A stretch of DNA of 11,051 nt from Naegleria gruberi. Taxonomy: Eukaryota. The notes beneath the pieces were generated by a model. That model ran no database searches, had not been told where the DNA came from, and worked only from the letters and a program-made list of their open reading frames with translations. The position numbers and the translations under genes are program-made. The stretch is from assembly GCA_000004985.1 (NCBI GenBank), contig GG739004.1. One strand, 5' to 3'. This document shows positions 8,001 through 11,051 of the stretch, one piece after another. Position 1 is the stretch's first letter. Each line of letters begins with the position of its first letter.

Positions 8001-8938
8001 NNNNNNNNNNNNNNNNNNNNNNNNNNNNNNNNNNNNNNNNNNNNNNNNNNNNNNNNNNNNNNNNNNNNNNNNNNNNNNNNNNNNNNNNNNNNNNNNNNNN
8101 NNNNNNNNNNNNNNNNNNNNNNNNNNNNNNNNNNNNNNNNNNNNNNNNNNNNNNNNNNNNNNNNNNNNNNNNNNNNNNNNNNNNNNNNNNNNNNNNNNNN
8201 NNNNNNNNNNNNNNNNNNNNNNNNNNNNNNNNNNNNNNNNNNNNNNNNNNNNNNNNNNNNNNNNNNNNNNNNNNNNNNNNNNNNNNNNNNNNNNNNNNNN
8301 NNNNNNNNNNNNNNNNNNNNNNNNNNNNNNNNNNNNNNNNNNNNNNNNNNNNNNNNNNNNNNNNNNNNNNNNNNNNNNNNNNNNNNNNNNNNNNNNNNNN
8401 NNNNNNNNNNNNNNNNNNNNNNNNNNNNNNNNNNNNNNNNNNNNNNNNNNNNNNNNNNNNNNNNNNNNNNNNNNNNNNNNNNNNNNNNNNNNNNNNNNNN
8501 NNNNNNNNNNNNNNNNNNNNNNNNNNNNNNNNNNNNNNNNNNNNNNNNNNNNNNNNNNNNNNNNNNNNNNNNNNNNNNNNNNNNNNNNNNNNNNNNNNNN
8601 NNNNNNNNNNNNNNNNNNNNNNNNNNNNNNNNNNNNNNNNNNNNNNNNNNNNNNNNNNNNNNNNNNNNNNNNNNNNNNNNNNNNNNNNNNNNNNNNNNNN
8701 NNNNNNNNNNNNNNNNNNNNNNNNNNNNNNNNNNNNNNNNNNNNNNNNNNNNNNNNNNNNNNNNNNNNNNNNNNNNNNNNNNNNNNNNNNNNNNNNNNNN
8801 NNNNNNNNNNNNNNNNNNNNNNNNNNNNNNNNNNNNNNNNNNNNNNNNNNNNNNNNNNNNNNNNNNNNNNNNNNNNNNNNNNNNNNNNNNNNNNNNNNNN
8901 NNNNNNNNNNNNNNNNNNNNNNNNNNNNNNNNNNNNNN
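5049..8938. other. Assembly gap (3890 N)
   Basis: A literal run of n. ORFs 4932..8954, 5030..8950, 5032..9033 and 5039..8959, and the X-portion of 5016..9926, are artefacts. Confidence 1.
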
Positions 8939-9896
8939 GATCACCACCATATAATTTGATAATATCCATGGTTGCCATGGCTAAACCAGCACCATTGACA
9001 ATACAACCAATATTACCATCAAGACCAATATAATTCAAATCATATTTAGCAGCACGAACATCACGAGGATCTTCTTGAGTGATATCTTTAAGTGCAAAAA
9101 GTTCTTTTTGACGGAAGAAAGCATTGTCATCAATGTTAACTTTAGCATCTGCACAAATAACTTTTCCGTCAGCAGTTTCAATGAGAGGATTAATTTCCAA
9201 AAGTACAGAGTCTGTCTTCATAAACAAATTGTACAATTTTGTAATTTGGTCAACAGCTTGGTCAAGCAATTCATCACGGAAACCCAATTTACGAGCTAAA
9301 CCTTCAGCTTGTGATTTGTGCAATCCTTCCTTTACACTAATAGGAATTGTATGAATTTCTTCAGGACTTTCTCTAGCAACATCTTCAATGGCCATACCAC
9401 CTTGGGTACTACCAATTAATACAGGTCCACCAGATTGACGATCCAAAAGAATAGCCAAGTATAATTCTCTACGAGCATATAATCTTTCTTGAACATAAAC
9501 CTTGTTACATGGTTTACCTTCAGCACCAGTTTGTTTTGTAACTAGTACTTGTCCTAGCATCTTTGATACGTAATCTTCAGCTTCTCCAATTGAAAGAGCC
9601 TTTTGAACACCTCCTTTAAGTCCACTCTTAAATTTACCTCTACCTCTACCACCAGCTAACACTTGAGCCTTGACAATATAATCGACATGATTTCCCAATT
9701 CAGTGCAGGCCTTCTTGGTTTCTGTTGCACTTGTTAGTACTTTGCCTCTTGGAACGGAAATATCATAACTTCTGAACAAATCTTGTGCTTGGTATTCGTG
9801 GAGATTGAGAAGACGTTTTTGTGTTGTGTTGGTTGAGATTTGAGAGAGGTTCTTTTTACCCAATACTCTAAAGATACGATTGGATGATGAGAACAT
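8939..9896 (-). CDS. LSC2: Succinyl-CoA ligase (succinate--CoA ligase, ADP/GDP-forming) beta subunit, mitochondrial. The N-terminal ~319 aa are visible; the 3' part is lost in the gap.
   Basis: The real start is the ATG that is the reverse complement of 9894-9896 (MFSSSNRIFRVLGKK...), not the upstream TTG the ORF track used. It begins with a basic, Ser-rich presequence, then the ATP-grasp N-domain LHEYQAQDLFRSYDISVPRG...KAQVLAGGRGRGKF and the CoA-ligase signature GNIGCIVNGAGLAMATMDIIKLYGG. The 5' leader is A/C-rich: aacaacaaaaaacaacaacaaaaaATG. Confidence 0.9.
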
Positions 9897-10483
9897 TTTT
9901 TGTTGTTGTTTTTTGTTGTTATTCAAGAATCCCGTTAGCGTATGATAAAGAGGAGCTTTCTTCGCCTTTTCTTACAAAGTTTTTAGGGCATTGTCGTCAT
10001 CATTGAGAAACTTCATTTTTGCTTGTTTCACGAAATTATGCACCTATCAAAGCATTAGGATATTGTTTTTTTATCATTAGAATTAAGAGTTAATTTCGCC
10101 ATTTATCTTGTTTTTCAAAACTTAAAACATGGTTATGTTGTCATGCAACTTTTAAATCAAAGATATTAACTTCGTCAAAAGAATAAGAAAAAAAATGAAA
10201 ACCAATCTCCATTGCTGTGGTTGGTAGTGGTTTGAGTGCATTGGAGCACAATATTTCACTGTCAGAAGTGAACAATTCAAGGAGCAAGTAAATCAATGGA
10301 TAGATCAGAAACAAGTAATTTTATGGGATGATCCTATTATATCATTAGAGAATGACATGACAATTAGGCCAAAATCCGCCCAACTTGGCTGTTTGAGCGA
10401 TAATAATAACTCTAACGACGTGATTTCAAGATATATTTCAACAAGTAATGGTATGAATGCTCTTTGTAAATCAATGAAATCAG

Positions 10484-10552
10484 AGATTTTAGACACAGCC
10501 AAAATTTCAAATGTTTATGTCAATTTTGAAATTTTGGCTGTGTCTAAAATCT
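10484..10552. repeat. Perfect inverted repeat: 28-bp arms (10484-10511 and 10525-10552) around a 13-nt loop. It would form a hairpin in either strand.
   Basis: The left arm agattttagacacagccaaaatttcaaa is exactly the reverse complement of the right arm tttgaaattttggctgtgtctaaaatct, checked base by base. The loop is tgtttatgtcaat. Confidence 0.9.
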
Positions 10553-10814
10553 TTTATGAAACTATTAGAACGTTTCTAAAACAAGAATGGGTCTGAAATT
10601 ATTACACAAGCTGCTGATCATGTCAATGTTCATAGATGGAGATATTCTATTCCATTTTCAACAAATTCAACCTACTCTGGAAGTGAATGGTATAATGATG
10701 GAATTGGTGATTGGACTAACAGGGAAGAGTCGAAGGAGCTTACTTAAGTGGAGTTGAAATGGCTGATTTCTTAATTTCAAAATTGTAGTTTATTTCAGTT
10801 TGTTTTTTAATAAT

Positions 10815-11051
10815 TTAATTCTTCTTCAATAAAGCTTCAACACTTTCACGGAAAACTCTAGTATGGACATCAACATCTTCTTCAGTATGGTTAACACAAA
10901 TTAAAGCCATGTTGTGGAATGGTGTCATCAAAATACCACGATTAAGGGCATACAAGTGCATATATTGGTCCAATTCAAAGTCACAAACAGCAGCAGCTTC
11001 TCCACCATTGACTGGTTCGGTTGGTCTAAACCAATATTCAGTACGACAACC
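10815..11051 (-). CDS. C-terminal fragment (78 aa plus stop) of a PLP-dependent class-III aminotransferase-like protein (glutamate-1-semialdehyde aminomutase-like C-terminus). The 5' part lies beyond the window end.
   Basis: Reading the minus strand from 11051 gives GCRTEYWFRPTEPVNGGEAAAVCDFELDQYMHLYALNRGILMTPFHNMALICVNHTEEDVDVHTRVFRESVEALLKKN*, with no stop for 78 codons and a TAA stop that is the reverse complement of 10815-10817. The '...HTEEDVD...' segment resembles the conserved C-terminal region of class-III aminotransferases/GSA-aminomutases. The ORF track omits it because it has no in-window start. Confidence 0.45.
   Translation of the reverse strand, partial: GCRTEYWFRPTEPVNGGEAAAVCDFELDQYMHLYALNRGILMTPFHNMALICVNHTEEDVDVHTRVFRESVEALLKKN

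Noticed and set aside
4932-9033. ORFs of 1300-1340 aa spanning 5030-9033 on both strands, and the MNNNKKQQQK extension of 5016..9926
   Set aside because: These are artefacts of the 3890-N gap. The upstream extension starts at a TTG; the real LSC2 start is the downstream ATG at 9896.
9075-9354. 74-aa and 76-aa plus-strand ORFs
   Set aside because: They are antisense to the strongly supported succinyl-CoA ligase CDS and are chance ORFs.
10305-10596. 79-aa plus-strand and 65-aa minus-strand ORFs overlapping the hairpin
   Set aside because: Their lengths are what chance predicts for this window size. They have no A-rich start context, no similarity and low-complexity translations. The palindrome itself forces near-mirror ORFs on both strands, so I report the inverted repeat instead.
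1-11051. Prokaryotic features (operons, CRISPR arrays, rho-independent terminators, RBS)
   Set aside because: The sequence has spliceosomal introns with branch boxes, eukaryote-specific genes (Rac, GPN3, a mitochondrial presequence on SCS-beta, a TALE homeodomain) and A-rich Kozak contexts. I found no direct-repeat array anywhere.
1-11051. tRNA or rRNA genes
   Set aside because: I scanned for GTTCGAATC/T-loop-like and other GC-rich structured stretches. The only GTTCG-containing segment, at about 11008, lies inside the aminotransferase CDS and has no cloverleaf context.

Overview
This is eukaryotic nuclear DNA from an AT-rich and very gene-dense genome, not a prokaryote. The signals are fungal, yeast-like. 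Introns are short (38-42 nt) with GTAAGT/GTAATG donors, CTAAC/TACTAAC-type branch points about 10-15 nt before AG acceptors. Start codons sit in A-rich contexts (AAAAAATG). I did not attempt a species call. Two runs of N (1993-2641 and 5049-8938) are assembly gaps; every six-frame 'ORF' that crosses them is an artefact. Supported genes, left to right: (1) minus strand, 857 to past window start: a Cys-rich type-I membrane protein with a signal peptide, an EGF-like motif and a TM helix, with its 3' end lying beyond the window start. (2) Minus, 890-1405: a small (171 aa) TALE-class homeodomain transcription factor (CUP9/TOS8/MEIS-like). (3) Plus, 1515 to the gap: a Rac-like Rho-family GTPase with three tiny introns, a 1-nt frameshift just before the gap, and its 3' end lost in the gap. 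(4) Minus, 2718-3554: GPN-loop GTPase GPN3. (5) Minus, 3533-4459: a 308-aa hypothetical protein whose last 7 codons overlap the GPN3 start codon. (6) Plus, 4508-4996: a 162-aa hypothetical protein transcribed divergently from (5) across a 48-nt spacer. (7) Minus, 9896 into the gap: mitochondrial succinyl-CoA ligase beta subunit (LSC2-like), N-terminal ~319 aa visible. (8) Minus, 10815 to the window end: C-terminal fragment of a PLP-dependent class-III aminotransferase-like protein. The roughly 920-bp intergenic region between (8) and (7) contains a perfect 28-bp inverted repeat (hairpin with a 13-nt loop) at 10484-10552. I found no rRNA, tRNA, CRISPR or obvious transposon. The points most worth a second look are the extreme compaction (a 32-nt spacer, a 48-nt spacer and a 22-nt CDS overlap on the same strand), the perfect hairpin, and the two unknown divergently paired proteins.
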